The notes: generated from the sequence alone by a model not told the origin. 64,000 bases of DNA from Escherichia coli (GCF_003334355.1 NZ_QOWP01000010.1); one strand, 5' to 3'. Shown: positions 10,337 to 23,605, counted from the first letter of the stretch. Numbers and translations: made by a program.

Positions 10337-12391
10337 ATGGAACTGAAAGCGACAACGCTTGGAAAACGTCTGGCACAGCACCCTTACGATCGGGCGGTGA
10401 TCCTCAATGCCGGGATTAAAGTCTCCGGCGATCGCCACGAATACCTTATTCCTTTCAATCAATTACTGGCGATTCACTGTAAGCGCGGTCTGGTATGGGG
10501 CGAGCTGGAATTTGTACTGCCGGACGAAAAAGTGGTGCGTCTGCACGGCACCGAATGGGGCGAGACGCAGCGTTTTTACCATCATCTTGATGCTCACTGG
10601 CGGCGGTGGAGTGGCGAGATGAGCGAAATTGCGTCTGGTGTTTTACGCCAGCAACTGGATTTGATTGCCACGCGCACTGGAGAAAATAAATGGCTGACGC
10701 GTGAGCAAACCTCTGGCGTTCAGCAACAAATCCGCCAGGCTTTGTCGGCGTTGCCGTTGCCGGTTAACCGACTGGAAGAATTCGATAACTGCCGTGAGGC
10801 GTGGCGTAAATGTCAGGCCTGGTTGAAAGATATTGAAAGCGCTCGGTTGCAGCATAACCAGGCGTATACCGAAGCCATGCTTACCGAGTATGCGGATTTT
10901 TTCCGCCAGGTCGAGTCTTCACCGCTGAATCCGGCGCAGGCCCGGGCAGTCGTTAATGGCGAGCATTCTCTGTTAGTGCTGGCAGGTGCAGGAAGCGGAA
11001 AAACGTCGGTGCTGGTGGCCCGTGCAGGCTGGTTGCTGGCGCGTGGTGAAGCGTCCCCTGAGCAAATTTTATTGCTGGCGTTTGGTCGCAAAGCCGCTGA
11101 AGAGATGGACGAGCGGATTCGCGAACGGCTACATACCGAAGACATTACCGCACGCACGTTTCATGCGCTGGCGCTGCATATTATTCAGCAGGGCAGCAAA
11201 AAAGTTCCGATAGTCAGCAAACTGGAAAATGATACCGCTGCCCGTCATGAACTCTTTATTGCTGAGTGGCGCAAGCAATGCAGCGAAAAGAAAGCGCAGG
11301 CGAAGGGCTGGCGGCAATGGCTGACGGAAGAAATGCAGTGGTCAGTGCCAGAAGGTAACTTCTGGGATGATGAAAAATTACAGCGTCGCCTTGCCTCTCG
11401 CCTCGATCGCTGGGTAAGTCTGATGCGGATGCACGGTGGTGCACAGGCAGAAATGATTGCCAGTGCACCCGAAGAGATTCGCGATCTGTTCAGTAAACGT
11501 ATCAAGTTGATGGCCCCGTTATTAAAAGCCTGGAAAGGTGCGCTGAAGGCAGAAAACGCTGTCGATTTTTCGGGCCTTATTCATCAGGCGATTGTGATTC
11601 TGGAGAAAGGTCGCTTTATCAGCCCGTGGAAGCATATTCTGGTTGATGAATTTCAGGATATCTCGCCGCAGCGGGCAGCGTTGTTAGCGGCATTACGCAA
11701 GCAAAACAGTCAGACGACGTTGTTCGCTGTTGGTGATGACTGGCAGGCGATTTACCGATTCAGCGGTGCGCAAATGTCGCTCACCACCGCTTTCCATGAA
11801 AACTTTGGTGAAGGCGAACGCTGTGATTTAGACACGACTTACCGTTTTAACAGTCGTATCGGTGAGGTGGCAAACCGGTTTATTCAGCAGAACCCAGGCC
11901 AGCTGAAAAAGCCGCTAAACAGCTTAACCAATGGAGACAAAAAAGCCGTCACGTTATTGGATGAGAGTCAACTTGACGCTTTGCTGGATAAGCTCTCTGG
12001 TTATGCCAAACCGGAAGAGCGCATTCTGATCCTGGCGCGTTACCATCACATGAGGCCTGCCAGCCTGGAAAAAGCGGCAACACGCTGGCCGAAGTTGCAA
12101 ATCGACTTTATGACCATTCATGCCAGCAAAGGGCAACAGGCGGATTACGTCATCATCGTTGGCTTGCAGGAGGGAAGTGATGGTTTTCCGGCTGCGGCGC
12201 GGGAGTCGATTATGGAAGAGGCGCTACTGCCACCGGTTGAGGATTTCCCGAACGCTGAAGAACGGCGGTTAATGTACGTGGCGCTGACCCGGGCACGCCA
12301 TCGGGTATGGGCACTGTTTAACAAAGAGAATCCCTCTCCCTTTGTGGAAATACTGAAAAATCTGGATGTGCCGGTGGCGAGAAAACCGTAA
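10337..12391 (+). CDS. helD: DNA helicase IV HelD (684 aa)
   Basis: Internal ATG at 10337 (MELKATTLGKRLAQ...) of track ORF 10244..12391; Walker A GAGSGKT and UvrD-like helicase motifs. Confidence 0.93.
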   Translation: MELKATTLGKRLAQHPYDRAVILNAGIKVSGDRHEYLIPFNQLLAIHCKRGLVWGELEFVLPDEKVVRLHGTEWGETQRFYHHLDAHWRRWSGEMSEIASGVLRQQLDLIATRTGENKWLTREQTSGVQQQIRQALSALPLPVNRLEEFDNCREAWRKCQAWLKDIESARLQHNQAYTEAMLTEYADFFRQVESSPLNPAQARAVVNGEHSLLVLAGAGSGKTSVLVARAGWLLARGEASPEQILLLAFGRKAAEEMDERIRERLHTEDITARTFHALALHIIQQGSKKVPIVSKLENDTAARHELFIAEWRKQCSEKKAQAKGWRQWLTEEMQWSVPEGNFWDDEKLQRRLASRLDRWVSLMRMHGGAQAEMIASAPEEIRDLFSKRIKLMAPLLKAWKGALKAENAVDFSGLIHQAIVILEKGRFISPWKHILVDEFQDISPQRAALLAALRKQNSQTTLFAVGDDWQAIYRFSGAQMSLTTAFHENFGEGERCDLDTTYRFNSRIGEVANRFIQQNPGQLKKPLNSLTNGDKKAVTLLDESQLDALLDKLSGYAKPEERILILARYHHMRPASLEKAATRWPKLQIDFMTIHASKGQQADYVIIVGLQEGSDGFPAAARESIMEEALLPPVEDFPNAEERRLMYVALTRARHRVWALFNKENPSPFVEILKNLDVPVARKP

Positions 12392-12394
12392 GAA

Positions 12395-12416
12395 ACAGGT
12401 GGCGTTTGCCACCTGT
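12395..12416. terminator. Bidirectional terminator hairpin between convergent helD and mgsA
   Basis: Inverted repeat acaggtggcgtttgccacctgt. Confidence 0.6.
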
Positions 12417-12422
12417 GCAATA

Positions 12423-12881
12423 TTACTTCAGACGGTCCGCGAGATAACGCTGATAATCGGGGATCAGAATATCGACCGCGTCGTTGAAATGCGGCGACTG
12501 GATTATGAAGTCTGCCGTTGCCACGTTGGTGGCGACCGGAATGTTCCATACCGTCGCCAGACGCAGCAAGGCTTTCACGTCAGGATCGTGCGGCACGGCA
12601 TTTAGTGGATCCCAGAAGAAAATCAATACATCAATTTTCCCTTCTGAGATCAATGCGCCAACCTGCTGGTCACCCCCCATTGGGCCACTCAACATCGCGT
12701 TGACGTTCATGCCGGTCGCGCGGGAAATTAAGTTACCGGTAGTGCCTGTTGCATACAGTACGTGTTGTTCCAGTAACGGTTGATGCCGTTCCACCCAGCT
12801 CATCAGCATTTGTTTGCAGTGATCGTGTGCCACCAGCGCAATATGTTTCCGCGCAGGTAAAGTGCGAGTCGTCAGTTCCAT
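12423..12881 (-). CDS. mgsA: Methylglyoxal synthase (152 aa)
   Basis: Internal Met [23 protein letters not shown] of track ORF 12423..12890; start codon is the complement of cat at 12879-12881. Confidence 0.93.
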
Positions 12882-12976
12882 AATGTACATCCGTAGTTAA
12901 CTTTCCTACAGATTACTGTAAGCACTTATCGCTGCAAGATAAAGACCGAAAAAGCCTGCGCACAGGCACAAAAATC

Positions 12977-13639
12977 TCAGGAAGATGGTTGTTTTTCCGC
13001 CCACTGCAGGAAAGTATTTCGCGTTTGTGGGTCAGCCAGTTTAAACCAATACTTCAGCCGTTGTTCTGTGAGCACCTGAGACTGCGGTGGAATAGCATCC
13101 AGCTCGGAAACACCCGAAAGCAGCGTACTGTCATCTGCCATCATCGTGGCAAATTGCGGTAGTGAAGCGCGTTTCGCGGATTTGTTATAGCGTTCAACCT
13201 CGACCTCATAATCAATCGTTTTTGCCGTTGAGGTAATGGCGAGAATATCCAGCTTTACCGGAATCGGCGTCGCATCGCCATCCAACAATTCAAGGCGCGG
13301 CGCGGCATCAAAATGGTTAGCTTCCCGCTCATTCTCCAGGCGAGGCAGGCGAAAATTGACCTGGTTGATGAGCTGGGTATTAAAACTGACCACCAGCGGT
13401 GGGGAGATATACAGCCGTTCTTCACTATTGGAAAGATGAATCGTCTTCTCAACGCGAAACACTAACTGATGCGGTCCATTATCCAGTTCAATGCTGTCCG
13501 CACCGCGCAGCAGAGAGCTGGAAACCTTCTTGCCGTCGAGTACCAGAAGATCGACATCGGTTGAAAGCCGCAGCGTGGTGGCAAAAACGGATACCGGCAA
13601 ACATAATGCAATCAAGGTGGTCACGATGCCGGTTTTCAT
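12977..13639 (-). CDS. yccT: Secreted protein YccT (DUF2057 family, 220 aa)
   Basis: Full-length ORF with N-terminal signal peptide [20 protein letters not shown]. Confidence 0.88.
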
Positions 13640-13811
13640 AGGTAGCTCCTGTCAAAAGACCGCCCGAATAATAATGTGTCAAAATTTTTCTTTAATCATA
13701 CTTACTAACATATAGACATATTTCCCGCTTTTGCTCTCATTCATTCGTATTAGCTGCATGGTTGGCATGTCGGCTTTGTCGTACACTTTGTTAAACAGTC
13801 TGGAGGAAATA

Positions 13812-14225
13812 ATGAAAGAAACCGATATTGCAGGCATTTTAACGTCCACTCACACCATTGCGCTGGTGGGGGCAAGCGACAAACCCGATCGTCCCAGCTA
13901 TCGCGTGATGAAATATCTACTCGACCAGGGGTATCACGTCATTCCGGTTTCGCCAAAAGTTGCCGGCAAAACGCTGCTGGGCCAGAAGGGGTATGGCACG
14001 CTGGCAGACGTTCCGGAAAAAGTCGATATGGTCGATGTTTTCCGTAATTCAGAAGCGGCGTGGGGCGTGGCACAGGAAGCTATTGCCATTGGCGCGAAAA
14101 CCCTCTGGATGCAACTGGGGGTGATTAATGAGCAAGCGGCAGTACTGGCACGGGATGCCGGGTTAAATGTGGTGATGGATCGCTGCCCGGCTATTGAGAT
14201 CCCTCGCCTGGGCCTGGCCAAATAA
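13812..14225 (+). CDS. yccU: CoA-binding protein YccU (137 aa)
   Basis: ATG at 13812 ([30 protein letters not shown]...) preceded by a GGAGG ribosome-binding site; track ORF starts 27 codons earlier. Confidence 0.88.
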   Translation: MKETDIAGILTSTHTIALVGASDKPDRPSYRVMKYLLDQGYHVIPVSPKVAGKTLLGQKGYGTLADVPEKVDMVDVFRNSEAAWGVAQEAIAIGAKTLWMQLGVINEQAAVLARDAGLNVVMDRCPAIEIPRLGLAK

Positions 14226-14226
14226 A

Positions 14227-14260
14227 AAATCCCCGGAAGGCAAAAACCTTCCGGGGATTT
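14227..14260. terminator. Bidirectional intrinsic terminator between convergent yccU and hspQ
   Basis: Inverted repeat aaatccccggaagg / ccttccggggattt with flanking A/T runs. Confidence 0.8.
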
Positions 14261-14269
14261 GTTCAGGGA

Positions 14270-14644
<375 letters not shown>

Positions 14645-15835
14645 TTACATGACGCGACAGGCAAACCCTTTCAGATATAGCCCTTCCGGATAGGTAGCGA
14701 TCACCGGATGATCGGCTGCCTGACGGAACTGCTCTATAAATTGTACATCACGACCGGCATCAATTGCGGCATCCGCGATGATTTTCTGAAATAAATCGCT
14801 GGTCATCAGACCGGAACAGGAGAAAGTCAGGAGAATACCGCCTTCATTCAGCAGCTGAATCGCCAGCATGTTGATGTCTTTATAACCACGACACGCGCCC
14901 ATCAACTGGCTTTTATTCTCAACAAACTTCGGCGGGTCCATCACGATAACGTCAAATTTTTCACCGCGATCGCGATAAGTACGCAGCAATTTAAAGACAT
15001 CATCACGGACAAACTCAGCCTTGCTCAGATCCAGTTTGTTCAGCTCAACGTTCTGCCGTGCAATATCCAGCGCTTCCTGGGAGGTATCAACGCTGACAAC
15101 CTGGCTGCAACCGCCCATCAGTGCCGATACGGCGAAACCACCGGTATAGGAGAAACAGTTCAGCACACGTTTATTTTCAACGTAGCGGCGGGTAGCCAGG
15201 CGGCTATCACGCTGGTCCAGGTAGTAGCCCGTTTTGTGTCCGTGCTGAATATCCACCAGCAGTTTCATTCCGTGTTCTTCAATCGGCAGCAGGGCAGGTG
15301 GCAACTCGCCGGTGACGGGGCCCTGGGTCAGCTCCATTCCTTCTTTTTTACGTACCGCGACGTCGCTGCGATCGTAAATCGAACATTCCGGGTACAGCGT
15401 TTGCAGGGCACTAATTAATGCCGCGCGCTGATATTCTGCCCCAGCACTCAGCAGTTGCAGCACCAGAAAATTACCGAAACGATCGATAGTAATACCCGGC
15501 AGGCCATCAGATTCTCCGGCGATTAAACGATAGCTGTCGAGGCCATCTTTTTGCGCCAGCCAGTCACGCCATTTTTGTGCTTGTTGCAAACGGCGGGAAA
15601 AAAAAGCAATGTCGATAGACTCAGACGGGTCAAACGTCCAGACGCGCGCCCGGATTTGCGAAGCTGGCGAATAAGCGCCGCGTGCTAACCATTTTCCCTG
15701 ATGATCAACAATATCGATGGTTTCACCGAGGCTGGCTTTACCTTCCATGCGGGCAACGGCCCCGGAAAAGACCCACGGATGGCGACGAAGTAATGATTTT
15801 TCGCGCCCTTTGGCTAACACTAAACGTACACTCAT
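14645..15835 (-). CDS. rlmI: 23S rRNA m5C1962 methyltransferase RlmI (396 aa)
   Basis: Full-length 396-aa ORF with PUA-like N-terminus and SAM-dependent methyltransferase fold. Confidence 0.92.
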
Positions 15836-15929
15836 AATTTACTTTTCTGTCGATGCAAAGAAATGGGCGTCATTGTCCGGAGTTTTCCATGGATTTGCAA
15901 CGCGTCCATTAAGGATAAGGAGAGCAGCA

Positions 15930-16208
15930 ATGTCGAAAGTCTGCATAATTGCCTGGGTTTACGGGCGAGTTCAGGGCGTAGGATTTCGCTACACCACACA
16001 GTACGAAGCGAAAAGACTGGGTTTAACCGGGTACGCCAAAAATCTTGACGATGGCAGCGTGGAAGTGGTTGCTTGCGGTGAAGAAGGGCAGGTGGAAAAA
16101 TTAATGCAGTGGTTAAAGAGTGGCGGCCCGCGTTCTGCGCGTGTAGAACGGGTGCTCAGCGAGCCGCATCATCCCTCGGGGGAATTAACCGATTTTCGTA
16201 TCCGTTAA
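15930..16208 (+). CDS. yccX: Acylphosphatase YccX (92 aa)
   Basis: ATG at 15930 preceded by aaggataaggagag; protein [38 protein letters not shown] (acylphosphatase signature). Confidence 0.9.
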
Positions 16209-16534
16209 ATACATTTTACCGGTTTTGGCAGGCCAGCAATTTTGGTGGCTTGCTTAGCCGGACCTTTCGGAAACAGTCGGTATAAATAGCGGCTGTTACC
16301 TTTTTCTTCGCCAAATTTATTCGCCATCGCTTTTACCAGCATACGAATCGCCGGAGAAGTATTGAATTCCAGATAGAAATCACGCACAAAACGCACCACT
16401 TCCCAGTGTTCCGGTGACAGCGAAATCCCTTCGTTCTCTGCAATCACCACAGCCAGCGGCTCACTCCACTGGCTGCTTTCTTTGAGATAGCCTTCGGTAT
16501 CCGTTTCTATCTCTTTACCTTCGAAGATCAGCAT
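16205..16534 (-). CDS. tusE: Sulfur-relay protein TusE (109 aa)
   Basis: Internal Met [17 protein letters not shown] of track ORF 16205..16591; conserved C-terminal Cys; 3' end overlaps convergent yccX by 4 bp. Confidence 0.9.
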
Positions 16535-16624
16535 AATTATTACTACCTTAATCAGACTGGCGGCAGTGTAACAAAAAACAAAGCCCCGCATAAAGCGAGG
16601 CTATGAAAGTGTTAGCGGGTGAGA

Positions 16625-17284
16625 TTAATCGCGGCTAGCGAAGCCCAGAATGCTCAGCAGGCTGACGAAGATGTTGTACAGCGAAACATACAGGCTAACC
16701 GTGGCACGAATATAGTTCGTCTCACCGCCATGAATGATGTTGCTGGTTTCAAACAAGATAGCGCCAGAGGAGATCAGAATGAAGACCGCGCTGATCGCCA
16801 GATGCAGAGCAGGCAGCTGCAGGAAGATATTCGCAACCATACCAATCAGCACCACCACAATACCCGCCATCAGCATACCGCCGAGGAACGACATATCTTT
16901 GCGGGTGGTCAGCACATATGCAGAGCAGCAGAAGAACACTAACGCCGTTCCGCCCAGTGCCATAGCGATTACGTCACCCATTCCGGCAGACAGATAGGTG
17001 TTCAGAATAGGTCCGAGGATATAACCCAGAAAACCGGTAAAGGCGAATGCGGAGATAATCCCGGTCGGCTTATTCGCCGTTTTATAGGTCAGGAACATCA
17101 AACCATACATACCCACCAGCGTCAGAATCAGACCCGGAGATGGCAGCATCAGCACCGTACTGGCAGTTGCGGTAATCGCCGAAAAGGCCAGCGTCAGGCT
17201 CAGCAGAAAATAGGTATTACGCAGCACCTTATGGGTGCTAAGCAGTGATGTACGGTCATGTGAAGAACTAACAATACGATCCAT
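16625..17284 (-). CDS. yccA: Inner-membrane protein YccA (BAX-inhibitor-1 family FtsH modulator, 219 aa)
   Basis: Full-length 219-aa ORF with seven hydrophobic segments. Confidence 0.92.
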   Translation of the reverse strand: MDRIVSSSHDRTSLLSTHKVLRNTYFLLSLTLAFSAITATASTVLMLPSPGLILTLVGMYGLMFLTYKTANKPTGIISAFAFTGFLGYILGPILNTYLSAGMGDVIAMALGGTALVFFCCSAYVLTTRKDMSFLGGMLMAGIVVVLIGMVANIFLQLPALHLAISAVFILISSGAILFETSNIIHGGETNYIRATVSLYVSLYNIFVSLLSILGFASRD

Positions 17285-17444
17285 TGAGTCACTCTCTATG
17301 ACAGATGTAATTAATTAAGCAGCATAATGATAATGCGTAAGGGCACCCAGAAGTTTTACCCATCTTTACGCATTTGATCTGGAACAGGTTTAACAGCGGA
17401 TTATCAGGTCATTAAGCAAATATAACGCCCTGAGAATTTCGACA

Positions 17445-17480
17445 GGCAAAAGAAAAAGGGGTTAGCATTTAGCTAACCCC
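17445..17480 (-). terminator. Intrinsic terminator downstream of serT
   Basis: Stem ggggttagcatttagctaacccc (17458..17480); read on the minus strand it is followed by a T-run. Confidence 0.75.
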
Positions 17481-17490
17481 TTATCTTATT

Positions 17491-17578
17491 TGGCGGAAGC
17501 GCAGAGATTCGAACTCTGGAACCCTTTCGGGTCGCCGGTTTTCAAGACCGGTGCCTTCAACCGCTCGGCCACACTTCC
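17491..17578 (-). tRNA. serT: tRNA-Ser (anticodon UGA)
   Basis: Reverse complement reads GGAAGTGTGGCCGAGCGGTTGAAGGCACCGGTCTTGAAAACCGGC...CTTCCGCCA: 88 nt with long variable arm, encoded CCA and UGA anticodon. Confidence 0.93.
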
Positions 17579-18004
17579 GGAATGACGCGCACTATAAACA
17601 TCCCGATGCGGCGTGTAAACCCCTAATTTGTTTGTTTGCCTGAAAAACAGCCAAAAGTGCATTGATAGCGTGAAATAACAGCAGATTGATCATTTCATCA
17701 CCATGAATTCCTTCTCTTTTACTCGTTTAGCAACCGGCTAAACATCCCCACCGCCCGGCCAAAAGAAAAATAGGTCCATTTTTATCGCTAAAAGATAAAT
17801 CCACACAGTTTGTATTGTTTTGTGCAAAAGTTTCACTACGCTTTATTAACAATACTTTCTGGCGACGTGTGCCAGTGCAGAAGGATGAGCTTTCGTTTTC
17901 AGCATCTCACGTGAAGCGATGGTTTGCCTTGCTACAGGGACGTCGCTTGCCGACCATAAGCGCCCGGTGTCCTGCCGGTGTTGCTAGGAGAAGAGACGTG
18001 CGAT

Positions 18005-19123
18005 ATGAATAACGAGGAAACATTTTACCAGGCCATGCGGCGTCAGGGCGTTACCCGGCGCAGCTTTCTCAAATATTGTAGTCTGGCTGCCACGTCGCTG
18101 GGATTAGGCGCGGGAATGGCACCAAAGATTGCCTGGGCGCTGGAGAACAAACCGCGCATTCCGGTGGTATGGATCCACGGTCTGGAATGCACCTGCTGTA
18201 CCGAATCTTTTATCCGCTCCGCTCACCCACTGGCGAAGGACGTCATCCTTTCCCTTATTTCTCTCGATTACGACGATACTTTGATGGCTGCCGCCGGAAA
18301 CCAGGCGGAAGAAGTCTTTGAAGACATCATCACGCAATACAATGGCAAATATATCCTCGCAGTAGAAGGCAATCCGCCGCTGGGCGAGCAGGGGATGTTC
18401 TGTATCAGCAGCGGTCGACCGTTTATTGAGAAACTCAAACGTGCCGCTGCCGGAGCCAGCGCGATTATCGCCTGGGGAACCTGCGCGTCCTGGGGCTGCG
18501 TGCAGGCCGCGCGGCCCAATCCGACGCAGGCAACGCCTATCGACAAAGTCATCACCGACAAACCCATTATCAAAGTACCTGGCTGCCCGCCGATCCCGGA
18601 TGTGATGAGCGCCATCATTACTTACATGGTGACCTTTGATCGCTTGCCAGATGTCGACAGAATGGGCCGTCCACTGATGTTTTATGGTCAGCGTATCCAT
18701 GATAAATGCTATCGCCGCGCTCACTTCGACGCCGGAGAGTTCGTCCAGAGTTGGGATGATGACGCTGCCCGCAAAGGTTACTGCCTGTACAAAATGGGCT
18801 GCAAAGGGCCTACCACCTATAACGCCTGTTCCTCCACACGCTGGAATGATGGCGTTTCTTTTCCAATCCAGTCTGGTCACGGCTGCCTGGGCTGTGCGGA
18901 AAATGGTTTCTGGGATCGCGGTTCGTTCTACAGCCGCGTGGTCGATATTCCGCAAATGGGTACTCATTCCACCGCCGATACCGTCGGTTTAACCGCGCTT
19001 GGCGTGGTGGCAGCGGCTGTTGGTGTGCACGCAGTCGCCAGCGCCGTTGACCAGCGCAGACGTCATAACCAGCAACCTACAGAAACCGAACATCAGCCAG
19101 GCAATGAGGATAAACAGGCATGA
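18005..19123 (+). CDS. hyaA: Hydrogenase 1 small subunit HyaA (372 aa), Tat signal peptide
   Basis: ATG at 18005 ([29 protein letters not shown]...) with twin-arginine motif; FeS-cluster Cys ligands; track ORF starts 9 codons earlier. Confidence 0.94.
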   Translation: MNNEETFYQAMRRQGVTRRSFLKYCSLAATSLGLGAGMAPKIAWALENKPRIPVVWIHGLECTCCTESFIRSAHPLAKDVILSLISLDYDDTLMAAAGNQAEEVFEDIITQYNGKYILAVEGNPPLGEQGMFCISSGRPFIEKLKRAAAGASAIIAWGTCASWGCVQAARPNPTQATPIDKVITDKPIIKVPGCPPIPDVMSAIITYMVTFDRLPDVDRMGRPLMFYGQRIHDKCYRRAHFDAGEFVQSWDDDAARKGYCLYKMGCKGPTTYNACSSTRWNDGVSFPIQSGHGCLGCAENGFWDRGSFYSRVVDIPQMGTHSTADTVGLTALGVVAAAVGVHAVASAVDQRRRHNQQPTETEHQPGNEDKQA

Positions 19124-20913
19124 GCACTCAGTACGAAACTCAGGGATACACCATCAATAATGCCGGACGCCGCCTGGTGGTCGACCCGATTACGCGCATC
19201 GAAGGCCACATGCGCTGCGAAGTGAATATTAACGATCAGAATGTGATCACCAATGCCGTCTCCTGCGGCACCATGTTTCGCGGGCTGGAGATCATCCTAC
19301 AAGGGCGCGACCCGCGCGATGCGTGGGCGTTCGTTGAACGTATCTGCGGCGTCTGTACTGGCGTACACGCCCTGGCTTCGGTTTACGCCATCGAAGATGC
19401 TATCGGTATTAAAGTGCCGGACAACGCCAATATCATCCGCAACATTATGCTGGCAACGCTCTGGTGCCACGATCATCTGGTGCACTTCTATCAGCTTGCC
19501 GGGATGGACTGGATCGATGTGTTAGATGCGCTGAAAGCCGACCCGCGGAAAACCTCCGAACTGGCGCAAAGTCTCTCCTCTTGGCCGAAATCATCCCCTG
19601 GCTATTTCTTCGACGTACAAAACCGCCTGAAAAAATTTGTTGAAGGCGGGCAGTTGGGGATCTTCCGCAATGGCTACTGGGGGCACCCGCAGTACAAACT
19701 GCCGCCAGAAGCTAACCTGATGGGCTTTGCCCACTATCTCGAAGCTCTCGATTTCCAGCGTGAAATTGTCAAAATCCACGCGGTCTTTGGCGGTAAAAAC
19801 CCGCATCCAAACTGGATTGTCGGCGGGATGCCTTGCGCCATCAACATTGACGAAAGCGGCGCGGTCGGGGCAGTCAATATGGAACGCCTGAACCTGGTGC
19901 AGTCAATTATCACCCGCACGGCGGACTTCATTAACAACGTGATGATCCCCGACGCCTTAGCCATCGGTCAGTTCAACAAACCGTGGAGCGAAATCGGCAC
20001 TGGTCTTTCTGATAAATGCGTTCTCAGCTACGGCGCATTCCCGGATATTGCCAACGACTTTGGCGAGAAAAGTCTGCTGATGCCTGGCGGCGCGGTGATT
20101 AACGGCGACTTCAACAATGTGCTGCCAGTGGATTTGGTTGATCCGCAGCAGGTGCAGGAGTTTGTCGACCACGCCTGGTATCGATATCCCAACGATCAGG
20201 TCGGGCGTCATCCGTTCGATGGCATCACCGACCCGTGGTACAACCCCGGCGATGTCAAAGGCAGCGATACCAACATTCAGCAGCTGAATGAACAGGAACG
20301 CTACTCGTGGATCAAAGCGCCACGCTGGCGCGGTAACGCGATGGAAGTGGGGCCGCTGGCGCGCACGTTAATCGCTTATCACAAAGGCGATGCTGCGACC
20401 GTTGAGTCGGTCGATCGCATGATGTCGGCGTTGAACCTGCCGCTTTCCGGTATCCAGTCAACGTTAGGCCGCATTTTGTGCCGCGCGCACGAAGCGCAGT
20501 GGGCCGCAGGTAAGTTGCAGTATTTCTTCGACAAGCTGATGACCAACCTGAAAAACGGCAATCTCGCCACTGCTTCCACGGAAAAATGGGAACCTGCAAC
20601 CTGGCCGACAGAGTGCCGTGGCGTCGGCTTTACCGAAGCGCCGCGCGGGGCGTTAGGCCACTGGGCCGCCATTCGCGATGGCAAGATTGATCTCTACCAG
20701 TGCGTGGTACCGACCACCTGGAACGCCAGCCCGCGCGATCCCAAAGGGCAGATTGGCGCTTATGAAGCGGCGCTGATGAACACCAAAATGGCGATCCCCG
20801 AGCAACCGCTGGAGATCCTGCGTACTCTGCACAGCTTTGATCCGTGCCTCGCCTGTTCAACACACGTGCTGGGCGACAACGGTAGCGAGCTGATCTCCGT
20901 GCAGGTGCGTTAA
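19120..20913 (+). CDS. hyaB: Hydrogenase 1 [NiFe] large subunit HyaB (597 aa)
   Basis: Full-length ORF with N-terminal RxCGxC and C-terminal DPCxxC Ni-binding motifs; ATGA overlap with hyaA. Confidence 0.95.
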   Translation: MSTQYETQGYTINNAGRRLVVDPITRIEGHMRCEVNINDQNVITNAVSCGTMFRGLEIILQGRDPRDAWAFVERICGVCTGVHALASVYAIEDAIGIKVPDNANIIRNIMLATLWCHDHLVHFYQLAGMDWIDVLDALKADPRKTSELAQSLSSWPKSSPGYFFDVQNRLKKFVEGGQLGIFRNGYWGHPQYKLPPEANLMGFAHYLEALDFQREIVKIHAVFGGKNPHPNWIVGGMPCAINIDESGAVGAVNMERLNLVQSIITRTADFINNVMIPDALAIGQFNKPWSEIGTGLSDKCVLSYGAFPDIANDFGEKSLLMPGGAVINGDFNNVLPVDLVDPQQVQEFVDHAWYRYPNDQVGRHPFDGITDPWYNPGDVKGSDTNIQQLNEQERYSWIKAPRWRGNAMEVGPLARTLIAYHKGDAATVESVDRMMSALNLPLSGIQSTLGRILCRAHEAQWAAGKLQYFFDKLMTNLKNGNLATASTEKWEPATWPTECRGVGFTEAPRGALGHWAAIRDGKIDLYQCVVPTTWNASPRDPKGQIGAYEAALMNTKMAIPEQPLEILRTLHSFDPCLACSTHVLGDNGSELISVQVR

Positions 20914-20931
20914 CAGCGAAGGAGAATCATC

Positions 20932-21639
20932 ATGCAACAGAAAAGCGACAACGTTGTCAGCCACTATGTCTTTGAAGCGCCAGTCCGTATCTGGCACTGG
21001 CTGACGGTGTTATGCATGGCGGTGTTGATGGTCACCGGTTACTTTATCGGCAAGCCGCTACCTTCCGTCAGCGGCGAGGCGACGTATCTGTTCTATATGG
21101 GCTACATCAGGTTGATTCACTTCAGCGCCGGGATGGTTTTTACCGTGGTCTTGCTGATGCGGATCTACTGGGCTTTTGTTGGCAATCGATACTCCCGCGA
21201 GCTGTTTATCGTGCCGGTATGGCGTAAAAGCTGGTGGCAGGGCGTGTGGTATGAAATTCGCTGGTATCTGTTTCTGGCAAAACGTCCGAGTGCCGATATA
21301 GGCCATAACCCCATCGCCCAGGCGGCGATGTTCGGCTATTTCCTGATGTCGGTCTTTATGATCATCACCGGCTTTGCGCTGTACAGCGAACACAGCCAGT
21401 ACGCTATTTTTGCGCCGTTCCGTTATGTGGTGGAATTTTTCTACTGGACGGGTGGCAACTCAATGGACATTCACAGCTGGCATCGGCTGGGGATGTGGCT
21501 GATTGGCGCGTTTGTGATCGGTCATGTCTACATGGCGCTGCGTGAAGACATCATGTCCGACGACACGGTGATCTCCACCATGGTCAACGGCTACCGTAGC
21601 CACAAATTTGGCAAAATAAGTAACAAGGAGCGTTCATGA
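20932..21639 (+). CDS. hyaC: Hydrogenase 1 cytochrome b subunit HyaC (235 aa)
   Basis: Full-length 235-aa membrane ORF with conserved His ligands. Confidence 0.93.
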
Positions 21640-22223
21640 GCGAGCAACGCGTGGTGGTCATGGGGCTGGGCAACCTGCTGTGGGCCGATGAAGGCTTCGG
21701 CGTGCGGGTGGCGGAACGGCTGTATGCCCATTACCACTGGCCCGAGTATGTGGAGATTGTCGATGGCGGTACTCAGGGACTGAACTTGCTGGGGTATGTC
21801 GAAAGCGCCAGCCATCTGTTGATTCTCGATGCCATTGACTACGGGCTGGAACCTGGAACGCTGCGAACCTATGCCGGAGAACGCATTCCGGCTTATCTCA
21901 GCGCGAAGAAAATGAGCCTGCATCAGAACAGTTTCTCCGAAGTGTTGGCGCTGGCGGATATCCGCGGACATCTGCCAGCACATATTGCCCTCGTCGGTCT
22001 GCAACCCGCAATGCTCGACGACTACGGCGGTAGCCTGAGCGAACTGGCACGGGAGCAACTGCCCGCTGCGGAACAGGCGGCGCTGGCGCAGCTTGCTGCG
22101 TGGGGAATTGTGCCGCAACCGGCTAATGAATCGCGCTGTCTCAATTATGACTGTCTGTCGATGGAAAATTACGAAGGCGTTCGCTTGCGCCAGTACCGGA
22201 TGACACAGGAGGAGCAGGGATGA
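21636..22223 (+). CDS. hyaD: Hydrogenase 1 maturation endopeptidase HyaD (195 aa)
   Basis: Full-length ORF; ATGA overlap with hyaC. Confidence 0.92.
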
Positions 22224-22618
22224 GCAACGACACGCCATTTGATGCGTTGTGGCAACGAATGCTGGCGCGCGGCTGGACGCCAGTCAGTGAATCCCGTCTT
22301 GACGACTGGCTTACGCAAGCGCCAGACGGCGTGGTGTTATTAAGCAGTGACCCGAAACGCACGCCAGAGGTCAGCGATAATCCGGTAATGATTGGCGAAT
22401 TACTGCGCGAGTTTCCCGACTATACATGGCAGGTGGCGATTGCTGACCTTGAGCAGAGCGAAGCCATCGGCGATCGCTTTGGCGTCTTTCGCTTTCCTGC
22501 CACTTTAGTATTTACCGGCGGAAACTATCGCGGCGTGCTGAATGGTATTCACCCGTGGGCGGAACTGATAAACCTGATGCGCGGGCTTGTCGAACCGCAG
22601 CAGGAGCGTGCCTCATGA
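22220..22618 (+). CDS. hyaE: Hydrogenase 1 chaperone HyaE (132 aa)
   Basis: Full-length ORF; ATGA overlap with hyaD. Confidence 0.9.
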
Positions 22619-23472
22619 GCGAAACTTTTTTCCATCTGCTGGGGCCAGGAACGCAACCGAACGATGACAGTTTCAGCATGAATCCACTGCCGATCACCTG
22701 TCAGGTGAATGATGAACCGAGTATGGCGGCCCTGGAGCAATGTGCTCACAGCCCGCAGGTGATTGCGCTGTTAAACGAGTTACAACATCAACTAAGCGAA
22801 CGCCAACCGCCGTTGGGCGAGGTGCTGGCAGTCGATCTGTTAAATCTCAACGCCGACGATCGTCACTTTATCAATACGCTTCTCGGGGAAGGGGAAGTGT
22901 CAGTGCGCATTCAGCAGGCTGACGACAGTGAAAGTGAAATACAGGAGGCGATCTTCTGCGGATTATGGCGGGTGCGCAGACGTCGCGGCGAAAAGTTGCT
23001 GGAGGACAAACTGGAGGCTGGCTGCGCGCCGCTGGCGTTGTGGCAGGCGGCAACGCAAAATCTCTTGCCGACAGATTCGCTGTTACCGCCGCCCATTGAT
23101 GGCCTGATGAATGGCCTACCGTTGGCGCATGAGTTACTGGCACATGTACGTAACCCCGACGCGCAGCCGCACAGCATTAATCTGACGCAATTACCCATCA
23201 GCGAGGCTGATCGGCTTTTTCTCTCACGTCTCTGTGGGCCGGGAAATATTCAGATTCGTACCATTGGCTATGGCGAGAGCTATATCAACGCCACGGGGTT
23301 ACGCCATGTCTGGCATTTACGCTGTACGGACACCTTAAAAGGCCCGTTACTGGAAAGTTATGAAATCTGCCCAATACCGGAAGTGGTGCTGGCAGCGCCA
23401 GAAGATTTGGTCGACTCTGCGCAGCGGCTTAGCGAGGTATGTCAGTGGCTGGCGGAAGCTGCACCGACGTAA
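22615..23472 (+). CDS. hyaF: Hydrogenase 1 maturation protein HyaF (285 aa)
   Basis: ATG at 22615 ([18 protein letters not shown]...) overlapping the hyaE stop; track ORF is 5'-extended. Confidence 0.9.
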   Translation: MSETFFHLLGPGTQPNDDSFSMNPLPITCQVNDEPSMAALEQCAHSPQVIALLNELQHQLSERQPPLGEVLAVDLLNLNADDRHFINTLLGEGEVSVRIQQADDSESEIQEAIFCGLWRVRRRRGEKLLEDKLEAGCAPLALWQAATQNLLPTDSLLPPPIDGLMNGLPLAHELLAHVRNPDAQPHSINLTQLPISEADRLFLSRLCGPGNIQIRTIGYGESYINATGLRHVWHLRCTDTLKGPLLESYEICPIPEVVLAAPEDLVDSAQRLSEVCQWLAEAAPT

Positions 23473-23605
23473 AAAGACGGTAAGTATCGCTTTCAGTCTT
23501 ATGAATATCGCAATCGGCGAATACCTCTGGTCGTAGAGTTTCAGGATAAAGAGGGAGATCTACCATTATCGGGTTATTTTTCTCTCTTCGCCTACAGGAG
23601 TGCGC

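Noticed and set aside
18104-18967. 287-aa ORF antisense to hyaA
   Set aside because: Lies entirely inside the strongly supported hyaA gene on the opposite strand; long stop-free antisense frames are expected in GC-rich, codon-biased genes; no start context or recognisable motifs.
21591-22238. 215-aa ORF antisense to hyaD
   Set aside because: Antisense artefact within the hya operon; no independent support.
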